Shown here: positions 20,702 through 31,225 of the stretch, in pieces
How the letters are laid out: each line of letters opens with the position of its first letter
Position numbering within the stretch: the stretch's first letter is position 1
NCBI GenBank assembly: GCA_030739585.1
Contig: JASLYX010000003.1
Coordinates: forward strand, 147,633-211,632
Direction of reading: 5' to 3'
Source of the DNA: Candidatus Bathyarchaeota archaeon
GTDB lineage: Archaea; Thermoproteota; Bathyarchaeia; TCS64
DNA: 64,000 nt
The notes under the pieces: generated by a model
What the model saw: the letters and a program-made list of their open reading frames with translations, nothing else
Told to the model about the DNA's origin: nothing
Database searches by the model: none
Program-made: the position numbers and the translations under genes

Positions 20702-22219
20702 TCAAGGAGAGCCATCATCTATTAGTTTGTATCCTGTCCAAAAATTGTCTCCACTATTCAGGTATTTGTCAAGTGAGTATCCTAGACTCTCGAAACGTTG
20801 GAAAGCAAGCTCTATCTCAGCACGGGCAAACCTCACAACTTCTGATTCATCAACGGTTTTCACTATTCTGTTCTCCATCAGAATCTTCCCGCGTACCATC
20901 GCAGTTGTGACATCGTGACCCGAACCGAAATATACCAAAAGTTGAGGAATATCCCTCAGCGGCGTATAGTGCGGACGATTTGAATTTATCAGTATGATAT
21001 CAGCCTGTTTCCCCACCTCAATGGAACCTATCTCTTTTTCGAGTCCAAGAACACGGGCTGCATCTATAGTTACCATTCTAAGAGCTTTCCCAGCGGGTAA
21101 ATAACTCGGGTTTTGTTCGTGATATCTCTGGATCAGGATCTCGTTCCTCATACTAAGGAAAAGGTCATAGGACATGTGTGGCGCTGCTCCGTCAGTTGAG
21201 GTTGCGACACAAACACCACTTTTAATAAGATCAGGAACGGGACACCGTCCGTGCCTGGTGGGTTCCGTTGCGGAAGGAGCCGTGGCGATCTTTGTATCAG
21301 TCTGGGAAATGATCTCAATCTCTTTCGCAGTAAGCCCGTTGCAATGAGCAAGAACAACGTCGGGACCGAACAGTTTGAAGATATTTTCTTTCCCGAACTT
21401 TTCAAGGCCGAACTCAAGTGCATCACCATAGAGGTGAGTGTGAATTTGAACCCCATATTTGTCCGCGAGCCGCCTCATCTCCATGGCTTTTTCCAGGAGG
21501 ACAGGGATGTCTTCGTCTCTATAGTTATAGGTAGCATCGTGTTTGGAGTGAGACGGCAGTCTCCCGCAAAGATACGGGAAAGAAAGGCAAACATATATCC
21601 TGCCATCCGCTTCCATGTGCCATTTTTCTATAACTTTTTTAGTATTTTCAATTGTCTCGTCATAGGTGTAGATATGTTTTGAAGGCTTTCCATCCGCCCA
21701 TATCGTTGACTCTAGACGGTTCTGTCCTGGAAGGAAGGGATCGGGAGGACCCACACCAATAACGGCCCTAATTCCCACCTCTTTTACGGCTTTAGCATTA
21801 TTGTCAGCCCAAGCGGGAGAGTCAAGTCGTGCTGGAGTCGCGCCAATAATAGAGACACCAGTTGTTGTTCCGGATTTTAACCGGTCTACAGCCGCGAGTA
21901 AACCATCGGCATACCAGAACTCCTCTGTGGATGCATTGAAGTAAAGATCGCTAGAGGGCCAACCTTTGAATGGGTTCCAGATACCTTTTATCATCGCGTG
22001 GCCTGCATGGGCATAGGTGTCAATTAGTCCGGGCAGAATGACAGAGTTTGAAGCGTCAATTACTCTGTCTGGATTGTATTTAGCCCCTAATTCTCCATGG
22101 GCTCCGATGTCTACGATTATCCCATTTTTGACTGCAATGGCTCCCTTTGTTATGATGTCATTTCGGGGGTTCATTGTGAGAATAGTCCCATTCTCAATGA
22201 GTAGATCTAGATCATACAT
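20702..22219 (-). CDS. amidohydrolase-superfamily metal-dependent hydrolase
   Basis: 505 aa. N-terminal ILPGLIDTYAHAGH (HxH-like metal motif), TIM-barrel amidohydrolase layout, C-terminal beta-sandwich. Confidence 0.7.
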   Translation of the reverse strand: MYDLDLLIENGTILTMNPRNDIITKGAIAVKNGIIVDIGAHGELGAKYNPDRVIDASNSVILPGLIDTYAHAGHAMIKGIWNPFKGWPSSDLYFNASTEEFWYADGLLAAVDRLKSGTTTGVSIIGATPARLDSPAWADNNAKAVKEVGIRAVIGVGPPDPFLPGQNRLESTIWADGKPSKHIYTYDETIENTKKVIEKWHMEADGRIYVCLSFPYLCGRLPSHSKHDATYNYRDEDIPVLLEKAMEMRRLADKYGVQIHTHLYGDALEFGLEKFGKENIFKLFGPDVVLAHCNGLTAKEIEIISQTDTKIATAPSATEPTRHGRCPVPDLIKSGVCVATSTDGAAPHMSYDLFLSMRNEILIQRYHEQNPSYLPAGKALRMVTIDAARVLGLEKEIGSIEVGKQADIILINSNRPHYTPLRDIPQLLVYFGSGHDVTTAMVRGKILMENRIVKTVDESEVVRFARAEIELAFQRFESLGYSLDKYLNSGDNFWTGYKLIDDGSP

Positions 22220-22258
22220 CTGGAACTCCCCCCTTTTTTCATTAGGGCTTGCTTATGT

Positions 22259-23272
22259 TTATGGGGGGGAGATGGAGATCAGACGTCCCCCCTCCTCTAT
22301 TGGACCATAGGTTCTGATGAAAATAACTAGCCCATCTATTGGTGCTTTGATCTCTTCAATCCCTTTTGGTATAGAGTGGACCTCGGCGAGCAACTGTCCC
22401 TTTTTGACAGAATCTCCGTTATCTACAACAGGATTGAATATTCCGCCGTTGACCGTTCTAACCGTTTTGGTGCCATCCTCTAAAGGATCCACTACAATCC
22501 TCTCTCCTTGATCAACGATCTCTCCGTCCAACATTTCCATGGCTTTCATCACGTTGAGGACTCCGGTAATGAAATATTCCACGTATTCGTCTTCAGGTAA
22601 GCCAGAGCCGCCTTGTCCTGCTTCGGGATAGATTCCAGCTCTACCCTCCCTCACGGCGACAAAAGGCATTGCCAATTGGACAGGCCATCCATAGTCCTCC
22701 TCATTATCTCCTTGGATGATGCGGTCTCCCCCAAAGGCAATTGATAGTTCAAGTGATCGTTTTCCTGCTCCGTTCCCAATTTCAGGGGGGGTATAGGCCA
22801 TGGGGTTATTAGACCCGCCCCGGCCTGCAGTATGCATATCGATTACACAGTCAGCCTCTGAGGCCAGCGTATTCAAGATATACTTCATTCTCTTGGAATA
22901 GGACCCTGTGGGTGATCCTGGGTGGACCCAATCGGGATCGATGGGGTCGTAGGGATTGGACCTTGATCTGAACACGTATCCTGCGGGATTCTGAACAGGT
23001 ACGAGGATTAGTTCACCTTTCACATCATTAAAGTCGATTTGGTCTTGCAGCCTTAGGATAGCCTCGACTCCATTAATCTCGTCGCCATGAATTCCACCGC
23101 CGACATATAACTTAGGGCCGGCTTGTTTTCCTATGATCCGAATGACATCAATATCCACCTCTACTCCACTTTTCATCTTTGTAGAAAAAGGAGGTACGGT
23201 ATTATGGGTGCCAACAGGTGGGATAGTATGTTTCTCGTAATATTTTCCGGGCTTTAAATTTTTGGAGTTCAT
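22259..23272 (-). CDS. AstE/AspA-family zinc deacylase
   Basis: GGGIHGDEINGVEA (HxxE Zn motif) and DMHTAGRG second His. Confidence 0.7.
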   Translation of the reverse strand: MNSKNLKPGKYYEKHTIPPVGTHNTVPPFSTKMKSGVEVDIDVIRIIGKQAGPKLYVGGGIHGDEINGVEAILRLQDQIDFNDVKGELILVPVQNPAGYVFRSRSNPYDPIDPDWVHPGSPTGSYSKRMKYILNTLASEADCVIDMHTAGRGGSNNPMAYTPPEIGNGAGKRSLELSIAFGGDRIIQGDNEEDYGWPVQLAMPFVAVREGRAGIYPEAGQGGSGLPEDEYVEYFITGVLNVMKAMEMLDGEIVDQGERIVVDPLEDGTKTVRTVNGGIFNPVVDNGDSVKKGQLLAEVHSIPKGIEEIKAPIDGLVIFIRTYGPIEEGGRLISISPP

Positions 23273-23364
23273 CGTTAATTAAATAATATAATTGCTTTTA
23301 AAAATAACTATGTCTAGATCAAATATAGTTAGACACAATTAAAAAAAGAAAGAAGATTTTGGGG

Positions 23365-24357
23365 TCACTCTATCTCTCGAATATCTTTACCTATCTCGTA
23401 GGTCACATCGCCTTCCCAAACTGCAGGTGAGGTGATCATATGGATGACACCGTCTGTTGGTACCACAATTTCTTCCAAGATCTTGCCATTCAGGTTCCGA
23501 ATCTCCCCTAGAACGTCCCCCTTTGTAACCAAGTCACCCCCCTTAACGTTTGAGATAAAGAATCCGCCATGTTCTGCGTACATATGATAGGGATTAAAGA
23601 CATTAGCCTTTTTTGGAATTTCCGGCTTTCCATCCATCATGTTTAGATGTTTGAGAGTATTTTGACAGCCTTTGACGACCATCTCTACTATATCTGATGT
23701 GCAGCGACCCATTCCTCCCGCTTCAGTTCCCACGGTCATTGGCATATATCGCCTCTTTCTCGGAGGCGATCCTGGGCGAGGCTTCCTGATCCCTTCCCTG
23801 ATCCACTTCCAGCCGAAGTTTCTGGCCATCGCCAGGTTCTCGTCATCTCTTTGTTGGTCTCCGTATCTACCGTACATGACACCGGTCAGCACGTCTTCCT
23901 CGAGATCTCCTCCGTGGAGGTTTAGTCTAAACTGGCTCTGGGCCAAGACCTCTTTATAGAAGGTCATTGCTAGCTGGTAGCTGTGCTTAGGGACTCCAGA
24001 TCCTCCTCTTGGGATTTTGTCAACATAACACCCACCTATATCCCGATAATCTATGGGGTTCCCATGCATCCACCGTGACTCGAATGCGAGCGTGTTCACC
24101 ACGGGTACAAGGATTATTTTTCCATTAATGTTGTCAGGATTTATATCCTCAATCAGCTTGAGACACCCAGCAGGGCCATTGTATTCTGATCCATGCTCAC
24201 CACCGTTTATACACAGAGTGGGGCCGTCCCCAGCCCCATTCACTAGAGTAATTGGAACTTGATGTTTATACGCGGGCCGTTCGTGAATGTACAAATCGCC
24301 CTGTACTTTTGTTCCCTTAGACGCTTCAAGATTCTGAACTTTTAGAGTGTCAGACAT
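23365..24357 (-). CDS. AstE/AspA-family zinc deacylase
   Basis: NGGEHGSEYNGPAG and NLHGGDLEED motifs. Paralogue of 22259. Confidence 0.7.
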   Translation of the reverse strand: MSDTLKVQNLEASKGTKVQGDLYIHERPAYKHQVPITLVNGAGDGPTLCINGGEHGSEYNGPAGCLKLIEDINPDNINGKIILVPVVNTLAFESRWMHGNPIDYRDIGGCYVDKIPRGGSGVPKHSYQLAMTFYKEVLAQSQFRLNLHGGDLEEDVLTGVMYGRYGDQQRDDENLAMARNFGWKWIREGIRKPRPGSPPRKRRYMPMTVGTEAGGMGRCTSDIVEMVVKGCQNTLKHLNMMDGKPEIPKKANVFNPYHMYAEHGGFFISNVKGGDLVTKGDVLGEIRNLNGKILEEIVVPTDGVIHMITSPAVWEGDVTYEIGKDIREIE

Positions 24358-24512
24358 ATCTCAATCAGTTGAAAGTTTCACATATCGAAATATAAACCAT
24401 GTCTTGTTTTATCCCAAGGTATTACGTCGAAAGGGACACCAGTCTGATGTAGAATAGGTAGCTATTCCCGTAAGATATTAAAATTGGATGTCGGCTTCAT
24501 TGATCCCACGGA

Positions 24513-25670
24513 TTGATCATGAAGGATATATTGGAGGACATCCGAGTTCTAGACCTCACCCAGTTCTGGTTTGGCCCTTACTGTACATTACTCTTAGCGG
24601 AGATGGGAGCAGAAGTTATTCGTGTTGAACCACCTTGGGGGGGCATCGATAGAATTGCCGATGGAGCCTTATTTGGCGGATCGAGTTATACTTTTCACCA
24701 TCACAATCTGAACAAGAAGGGGCTCACACTGAACCTCAAGTCACTCGAAGGGATCAAACTCTTCAAATCACTTGTGAAAGCATCAGACGTTGTCGTCCAG
24801 AACTTTAGACAGGGCAGCATGGAAAAACTTGGACTTGGTTATGAGGTGCTAAAGGGATTAAATCCAAAAATCATCTATGCCGCTCTATCTGGATTTGGCC
24901 AGTACGGCCCATACGCCAAACGTGGCTCTTTCGCTATGATCGCCGAAGCTATGAGTGGACACAGTCGCCTAACAGGTGACCTAGTTGATCCAAACGGTCC
25001 ACCACGTGAGATGGCTCAAGCATATGGAGATCTCGCCCCTGCAATTTTCGCAGCGATGAGCATCGTTTCCGCGATACGGTACAGGGATAAAACGCAACAG
25101 GGACAGATGATAGATGTGGCACAATTGGACTGCATGGTAGCTCTGAATACGGCCACAACAGGGTATAACCTCTCCGGACTCAAGCTCTGGGAGCTGAAGG
25201 ATAAGTTTCCAATGGGACGGGGTTTCGGGGGTCTAATAAAGACTGTGGACAATGGGTGGATCCGTTATGCGAGCTTCTCACCACGGATTATTGAAAGACT
25301 GAAGAGTCATCTTGGTGTTGATGAAATCGATGAAGAGAAGATTGCAGAACAAATTGGGAAAAAAAATAGAGAGGAGGCAGTGGAATTCTTCGTGAAGGCT
25401 GGAGTACCTGTAGCACCGGTTTATGATGTCGATGAAGTAGTGATAGATCCCCACTTGAAAGCCCGTGAAATGTTCGTAGATGTCAAACATCCTAAGGCAG
25501 GAGCTGTGAGAGTGCCTAACTTCCCAGTGAAATTCTCGGAGACTCCAGGAAAAATAGTTAATGCGGCCCCTCTACTTGGAGAGCACAGTAAAGAGATACT
25601 TGTAAGTTTATTAGGACTTTCGGGAGAACAAGTCTTTGAATTAGAGAAAAAGGGAGTCACTTCGACGTAG
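24513..25670 (+). CDS. family III CoA-transferase (CaiB/BaiF)
   Basis: RVLDLTQFWFGPYCTLLLAEMGAEVIRVEPP N-terminal signature. Confidence 0.85.
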   Translation: MIMKDILEDIRVLDLTQFWFGPYCTLLLAEMGAEVIRVEPPWGGIDRIADGALFGGSSYTFHHHNLNKKGLTLNLKSLEGIKLFKSLVKASDVVVQNFRQGSMEKLGLGYEVLKGLNPKIIYAALSGFGQYGPYAKRGSFAMIAEAMSGHSRLTGDLVDPNGPPREMAQAYGDLAPAIFAAMSIVSAIRYRDKTQQGQMIDVAQLDCMVALNTATTGYNLSGLKLWELKDKFPMGRGFGGLIKTVDNGWIRYASFSPRIIERLKSHLGVDEIDEEKIAEQIGKKNREEAVEFFVKAGVPVAPVYDVDEVVIDPHLKAREMFVDVKHPKAGAVRVPNFPVKFSETPGKIVNAAPLLGEHSKEILVSLLGLSGEQVFELEKKGVTST

Positions 25671-25976
25671 GAATATATAAGCATGAGAATAGTCCTCCCT
25701 ATATTCTGTTTAAGATTTCATTTTGAAAATAGTTTGTAGCTAGATTATATCTAACATTAAAGCGTGTTAAAAATAGTCTTGTAACGTTCGCGAAGATTTT
25801 GATAAATAATTCAAAATAGGGGTTTAGAGGTTGACTCCGAATTTAGGCACTCACGTGCTCACGATTAACATCTTGAACGGGTTGAATGGAGTTCCAAAGT
25901 CCCATTTTCGGGTTAAATACATAACGCCCCTTAGGTCAATAAAGCGTTATTCGTAAAACAAAAAATTAACCCTATC

Positions 25977-27221
25977 TTATGTATTAATCCATTTTCTCAG
26001 CTCATATCTCCGGGCCCAAGCCCTTACTTGACCTGACTCGAGAAAATGGTTAGTCCCAACATGAGGACCCATGTATGGCTCGATATTGCCGTTAGGGAAC
26101 ACCCAGATGACCGACCGTTTCTTAAGCTCGGCAATAGCCTTTTCAGACTCTGCTTTTGTTATGTGCTTATCCAAAAGCTCATCGATCATCCATGTCCCTG
26201 GTCGTGGCTCACGTTCAAGAATCTTTTCGAAGAGGATGTAAGCTAAAGGCGTGAACACATGACTGACGGAATGGGCTAGAACTGTTCCGATAATTCTCCT
26301 CAAAAGTGGGGAGAACTCAGGCTCAGGTAAGTTAACAGGATCAACAATTACCTGTTCTAAAAATGTCCTTAGATCAACTCCTTCTTGAAGCAGGGCTGGA
26401 ATTGAGTTCCAGTTTACCTTCTCAGGATCATTTTGCTTATAATGCATCAGAATCTTTACGAGGTCAAAACCACCGATGATTAAAAGGCTACAAAAGAGAT
26501 GGTTGGGTCTCCGGAATAATCTGGCTGGATTAGCAACATAATCCGCGAACTCCTGACGATATAACATGTTACGTCTAAAACCGAGATCTCCTCGACTTTC
26601 TCCGTAGATTATAAAGGCCATGAGGTTGCACAACCCCTCATCGAACCAAGGTACGAAGTTGGGAAAAGCTTGGATAGCAGGGTGAGCAAGTTCGTGAACT
26701 AGTAGAATCTCACTTTCTGGTACCAATGATGCTTCACCAATGTAGATCCCCTCGGGCATACCATATCGATCGGCCTGCCAACGGTCGGCCCCAAAGCCTC
26801 CCCCTTTTCGCCCGGGGGTAGGATCCCAAGGCAAAGAAGTTACGATGTTAATGGGGGGCGGTTCGTACTCTACCTCAAGCTTCTTCCGGAGATTAGGGAC
26901 GATTGTATCTTTTGCATAAGCCTCAAGCCTGCTCTTAATATCCCCAAAGTCTACCGAGTTTTGAGAGAGAAAGTCAACCACAGAGAAAATGTCCCGGCTT
27001 AGTAGGAGCAGGAACGCATACTCTTGATCTTTTTTCTGTTCTAGCTCATTAAGTATTTCTTGTCGAACCTGCTTCAGGGTTTGTAAAGTATCAAGGGTAT
27101 AATCCTTCTCAGACAGGCAGCCCCTAGAAACGATCTCCTCATATGGATATTGTTTTGGGTAAAGAGTTGTTTGAACACGACTCAGAGCATATCTTACCGC
27201 TCCTCTCTCATCTAACTTCAT
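25977..27221 (-). CDS. HExxH zinc-metallopeptidase-like protein (MA-clan-like)
   Basis: LLVHELAHPAI…WFDEG: HExxH with a downstream Glu. No further family assignment possible. Confidence 0.4.
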   Translation of the reverse strand: MKLDERGAVRYALSRVQTTLYPKQYPYEEIVSRGCLSEKDYTLDTLQTLKQVRQEILNELEQKKDQEYAFLLLLSRDIFSVVDFLSQNSVDFGDIKSRLEAYAKDTIVPNLRKKLEVEYEPPPINIVTSLPWDPTPGRKGGGFGADRWQADRYGMPEGIYIGEASLVPESEILLVHELAHPAIQAFPNFVPWFDEGLCNLMAFIIYGESRGDLGFRRNMLYRQEFADYVANPARLFRRPNHLFCSLLIIGGFDLVKILMHYKQNDPEKVNWNSIPALLQEGVDLRTFLEQVIVDPVNLPEPEFSPLLRRIIGTVLAHSVSHVFTPLAYILFEKILEREPRPGTWMIDELLDKHITKAESEKAIAELKKRSVIWVFPNGNIEPYMGPHVGTNHFLESGQVRAWARRYELRKWINT

Positions 27222-27386
27222 ATAATCTCACTATTGGTTTGTAATCTCAACTAGAAAATAACGTTTTTGAGTCTTTTTTGGTTAAACAAAAGGCTTGCAT
27301 CCGAACGCACAAGTAAAAGCTATTGGGCTAATGGCTACTATAATAAATTTCAAATACAAGAACAGAGTCGATTACTTCGATTCAAC

Positions 27387-28091
27387 ATGGGATATACAGC
27401 GAATATTGATGATGTCAAACCCGAAGAAATATCTCCGGGAGTACTAAAGAGAACACTTCTCACTTCCAAAAATACAGGACGCGGTCCCCCTGGAGATTTA
27501 ACTGCTACTCACTATACACTCACAAACGGGGGGACCTTGACTCTTGATGACCCCAACGTCGAATACCAGGATTATATCATCTGTGGTACAGCTCGCAGTG
27601 GCAAGGGATACATCCATGCGAACACAACTATGTTTGTCCCCTCCGGTAAGAAGCATACATTTACACATGCTGGAGAATCAGACCTTCGGATTTTATCGCA
27701 TTCCTACTCAGTCCCACACCCAAGCCATAAATGGTGTAAAACTAGAACAGCCCAACTAACTTTTCCCAATGGACAACAGCAACTTATGACCGAGGAGTTC
27801 CATGGCCTCGTTGGAGCCCACAGATTCCATGCCTTAGACGTGCAAGATTATGATGTCTCTGAACATACAAATCCTGAAGAAACCGCCTATTTCATGGCTG
27901 GTTCAGGTACAATGGGTTCTGGAGACGACGTATTTGAGTTCAAACCTGGTACTCTTGTTTACGTAGAAGAGGGCGACCTTCACTGGATTAAGCGTGATCA
28001 AAACTCATTGGTTCCACTCCACTATTTCGTGATGGAGTACACTGAACAAGACAAAATGTGGAGTTCGAGGGGTTTCCAAGGAAGCCTCTAG
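27387..28091 (+). CDS. bicupin-family protein, paralogue 3
   Basis: Start placed at MGYTANIDDV by analogy to the paralogues. The ORF track starts at 27267. Most divergent copy (PHPSHKWCKTRTAQL linker). Confidence 0.5.
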   Translation: MGYTANIDDVKPEEISPGVLKRTLLTSKNTGRGPPGDLTATHYTLTNGGTLTLDDPNVEYQDYIICGTARSGKGYIHANTTMFVPSGKKHTFTHAGESDLRILSHSYSVPHPSHKWCKTRTAQLTFPNGQQQLMTEEFHGLVGAHRFHALDVQDYDVSEHTNPEETAYFMAGSGTMGSGDDVFEFKPGTLVYVEEGDLHWIKRDQNSLVPLHYFVMEYTEQDKMWSSRGFQGSL

Positions 28092-28285
28092 TGCCATAAC
28101 ATGACAAATCATCTAAAATTGATTCCAATCCCCCCTTTTTTCCATTTTATTTATAAAATTATATTTAACGAATATCCGCGAATTGTTAAATAAAAAAGTA
28201 AAATAGCTTTTTTGAGGAGGATTCTTGGAGGGTATACCCTCCATTATTTCCCGAGCGTCCTGTTGATTTAATATTTAAATCGGTT

Positions 28286-30235
28286 TTATCGGAGATATTT
28301 TCCGAACCAGCGTATCATATGACCTAGCAGCTCCACTCTATGCTGTGGATTCCGTATTCCATGTGATTCACCAGGAAAGACAATCAGTTCAGTTTGGACG
28401 CCTAAAACCTTCAAAGCTGTGAACCACTGCTCTGCCTGCTCAATACTGCATCTGTAATCTTCATCGGCATGAATTATCATAGTGGGGGTCTTTACTTGAC
28501 CAGCGTACCTTATAGGTGACATCGATAGGTATTTCTCCTCATCCTCCCACGGTGTCCCTTCCATGTCATAACGGCCAAAGGTCCATCCTATGTCACTAGT
28601 TCCGTGAAAGCTGTGCCAATTACTGACACACGCTTGGGGGATAGCTGCCTTGAACCTATTATCGTGGGTTATGATCCAGTTTGTCAAAAATCCACCTTGA
28701 CTGATCCCGGTGACACCCAACAGGTCTGAATTGATAAATCCGTTGTTGTTTATTACGTGGTCCACTGCGTCCATCAAGTCCTTGTACTCCTGCTCGCCAT
28801 AGTGCCCGGAAGCCTCACCTTGAAACGCTTCGTTGTATCCCCCATTACCCCATTGGTTCAGGTAGAGAACCACCCATCCTTGTGCAGCTAAAACCTGAAA
28901 CCTATGCATGAAGCTATAGCCGAAACAGCCGGCAGAGCCTCCTCGGATGTAAAGGATCATCGGATATTTGTCTTTAGCATCAAAATCAGGGGGACGCATT
29001 AGCCATCCTTCGACTTTGTGCCCACCGGACGATTTAATGACAAACCTTTCATGGTCACAGATCTCAGTGCTATTCAAGTATTTTCTGTTAAAGTCTGTAA
29101 CTTGTCTTCTCGTATTTTCAACCGTTACCCATAGCTCAATAGGCGATGTAGTTTTAACGACATTGTACGCAATCTCACCGTTATCGGAAATACTCCAGTC
29201 CTCAATGCTGTGGTCTATATCTCCAATAACCATTTCGACTCCACCGCTCTCCACGGGAGTCCTGTACAGCCTGACAGCTCCCCCATAGGTCGATGTAAAG
29301 TAAACGAAATTAGAGTCACTGGACCATTGGGGGTTAGGGTTACCTCTCCATGGTTGAACATCAGAGCTGAGTTTATATCCGATATCTTGGTCAAACTCCT
29401 TTGTCAAATTCCGTGATTCACCGCCTTCTATAGGAACAAGCCAGATGTCTTGGTTGCTCCATTGGCGTCGTCGATAGTTGTGGCCAATATGAGCTATGAA
29501 ATCCCCCTTCGGGGAGGGGCTGAGGGCTGTAATTACGCGAGGGCCATCAGTAATCTTTGTAGGATCGCCGCCTTTGAGGTCTTGGATGTAGATGTATTTG
29601 TTTGTGGTAAGGTCTGCATCACCGTCAAGGTTGCTTATGAAAGCAATTTTCTCACTATCTATACACCATTCAGCTGTATCAACACCGAAGTCTCCCTGAG
29701 TCAACTGCTGCACTTTACCGCCGTCAGAAGGTACGACAAATAAATGGTGCCTTCTTCCCTCGATGAACCCTGAACCATTGAACTTGTACTTTAGACCAGT
29801 GATAACCCTTACATCACTACTCAGTTCATTTTCCCGAAAGGAAGATATGAATAAGATTTTTTTACCATCCGGAGACCACCTAGGGGAGAGTACTCCGCCC
29901 TCAACATTGGTTAGTTGTTTAGCTTCCCCTCCAGAAACAGGAATCGTGAATAGTTGCGAGGAGCTTTTCCCATCGGCATTAAGTGTAGAGGTGAAAAGGA
30001 TTCTTTTTTCATTTGGCGCCCACCTGGGGGATGTGTTTGAGCATCCTCTGAAGGAGAGTTGACTAATTTCACCTTCAACGTCTGCCTTCCAAATGTTGCT
30101 CAGGTACTCGTCTTTTTCATAATCCATTTTGGAATGAACAAATACAATTGTATGTCCATCTGAAGATATCTGGGGACTCGAAACATACCTTATCTGCATA
30201 AGGTCTTTCGCTTCAACCTTTCTTTTCATCTTCAA
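28286..30235 (-). CDS. S9 family serine peptidase (prolyl oligopeptidase/acylaminoacyl-peptidase type) with N-terminal beta-propeller
   Basis: C-terminal alpha/beta-hydrolase with GISQGG nucleophile elbow and D/H catalytic residues. Long N-terminal propeller repeats. Confidence 0.85.
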   Translation of the reverse strand: MKMKRKVEAKDLMQIRYVSSPQISSDGHTIVFVHSKMDYEKDEYLSNIWKADVEGEISQLSFRGCSNTSPRWAPNEKRILFTSTLNADGKSSSQLFTIPVSGGEAKQLTNVEGGVLSPRWSPDGKKILFISSFRENELSSDVRVITGLKYKFNGSGFIEGRRHHLFVVPSDGGKVQQLTQGDFGVDTAEWCIDSEKIAFISNLDGDADLTTNKYIYIQDLKGGDPTKITDGPRVITALSPSPKGDFIAHIGHNYRRRQWSNQDIWLVPIEGGESRNLTKEFDQDIGYKLSSDVQPWRGNPNPQWSSDSNFVYFTSTYGGAVRLYRTPVESGGVEMVIGDIDHSIEDWSISDNGEIAYNVVKTTSPIELWVTVENTRRQVTDFNRKYLNSTEICDHERFVIKSSGGHKVEGWLMRPPDFDAKDKYPMILYIRGGSAGCFGYSFMHRFQVLAAQGWVVLYLNQWGNGGYNEAFQGEASGHYGEQEYKDLMDAVDHVINNNGFINSDLLGVTGISQGGFLTNWIITHDNRFKAAIPQACVSNWHSFHGTSDIGWTFGRYDMEGTPWEDEEKYLSMSPIRYAGQVKTPTMIIHADEDYRCSIEQAEQWFTALKVLGVQTELIVFPGESHGIRNPQHRVELLGHMIRWFGKYLR

Positions 30236-30451
30236 TCTCTTCTAGCTGTTTGAACTATGTTCTATATGTTGATATTGTTATTAGATAATTTTTTTAATTG
30301 AGTTAAATGGGAGACAACAGTAATTCAAGAGAGTTCTCCTAATTAAAAAGGATGGATGTAGGGATATTAAGAGGGACTATAAATATGTTGAAGATAACCG
30401 AGGGTAAAAAGTTTTATATGTTGATTTAAATTAAATTAAATAGAAATTAAA

Positions 30452-31222
30452 ATGCATGTGAATATTAATGATGTTTCTGGAACGGAGATAAGTTCAGGAA
30501 CCATTGAAAGGATTCTCCTGAAAAGCAATGTGACCGCCTCAGGGGATCTCACAGTGAAACACTATGTGATGACTGAAGGGGGACAGATAGCATACGACGA
30601 GCCATTAACGGAATATCAACATTATACCATCCAAGGAGTCGTTGCGCGAGGAGGTCCAAATGGAGACCTCGTACATGGTGACAGTGCGATATTCGTCCCT
30701 TGTAGTGACCGTTTCCCTTCTGAAGGCACCACACCAAATGCCCGTCATATTCTTGCTCATAGTGGAGAGGGTAAAGTCCGGGTGTTGACTCTGGCTCATA
30801 AGATTCCCCAGCCTAATTTCAGATGGGCGAAAGGCAGAATTAAAAACCTCTTCCAAGTCCCACAGTATCACTCAAGTCGGCAGATGGTGGGTTATACTCA
30901 GATCTTTACTGAAGAAGAGCATGCTATCATGGGAGCGTTAAGAATGCATGGTATTGACATCCAGACAAACCCTCCGGGATACAAGCTACCCGACCATAAA
31001 AACCCCGAGGAGATCCTTTACGTCCTGAGGGGGGAGGGAGAAGTTACCTCAGGAGATAACACTTACAAAGTTTCGCCGGGTTCCCTGAGCTACACACCAG
31101 AAGGAGAGGTTCATAGTATAACAAATACTCATAAGAGCTTACCTCTTCAATATCTTGCAGTAGAATTTGTTAATCAAGAAAAGATGTGGGCTGCACGTGC
31201 AGGCATGTCAATGGAGAAATAG
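30452..31222 (+). CDS. bicupin-family protein, paralogue 4
   Basis: MHVNINDV…PQPNFRWAKGRIKNLFQVPQYH…TEEEHAIMGALRMHGIDIQTNP…NPEEILYVLRGEGE…SPGSLSYTPEGEVHSITN. Confidence 0.6.
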   Translation: MHVNINDVSGTEISSGTIERILLKSNVTASGDLTVKHYVMTEGGQIAYDEPLTEYQHYTIQGVVARGGPNGDLVHGDSAIFVPCSDRFPSEGTTPNARHILAHSGEGKVRVLTLAHKIPQPNFRWAKGRIKNLFQVPQYHSSRQMVGYTQIFTEEEHAIMGALRMHGIDIQTNPPGYKLPDHKNPEEILYVLRGEGEVTSGDNTYKVSPGSLSYTPEGEVHSITNTHKSLPLQYLAVEFVNQEKMWAARAGMSMEK

Positions 31223-31225
31223 AAA

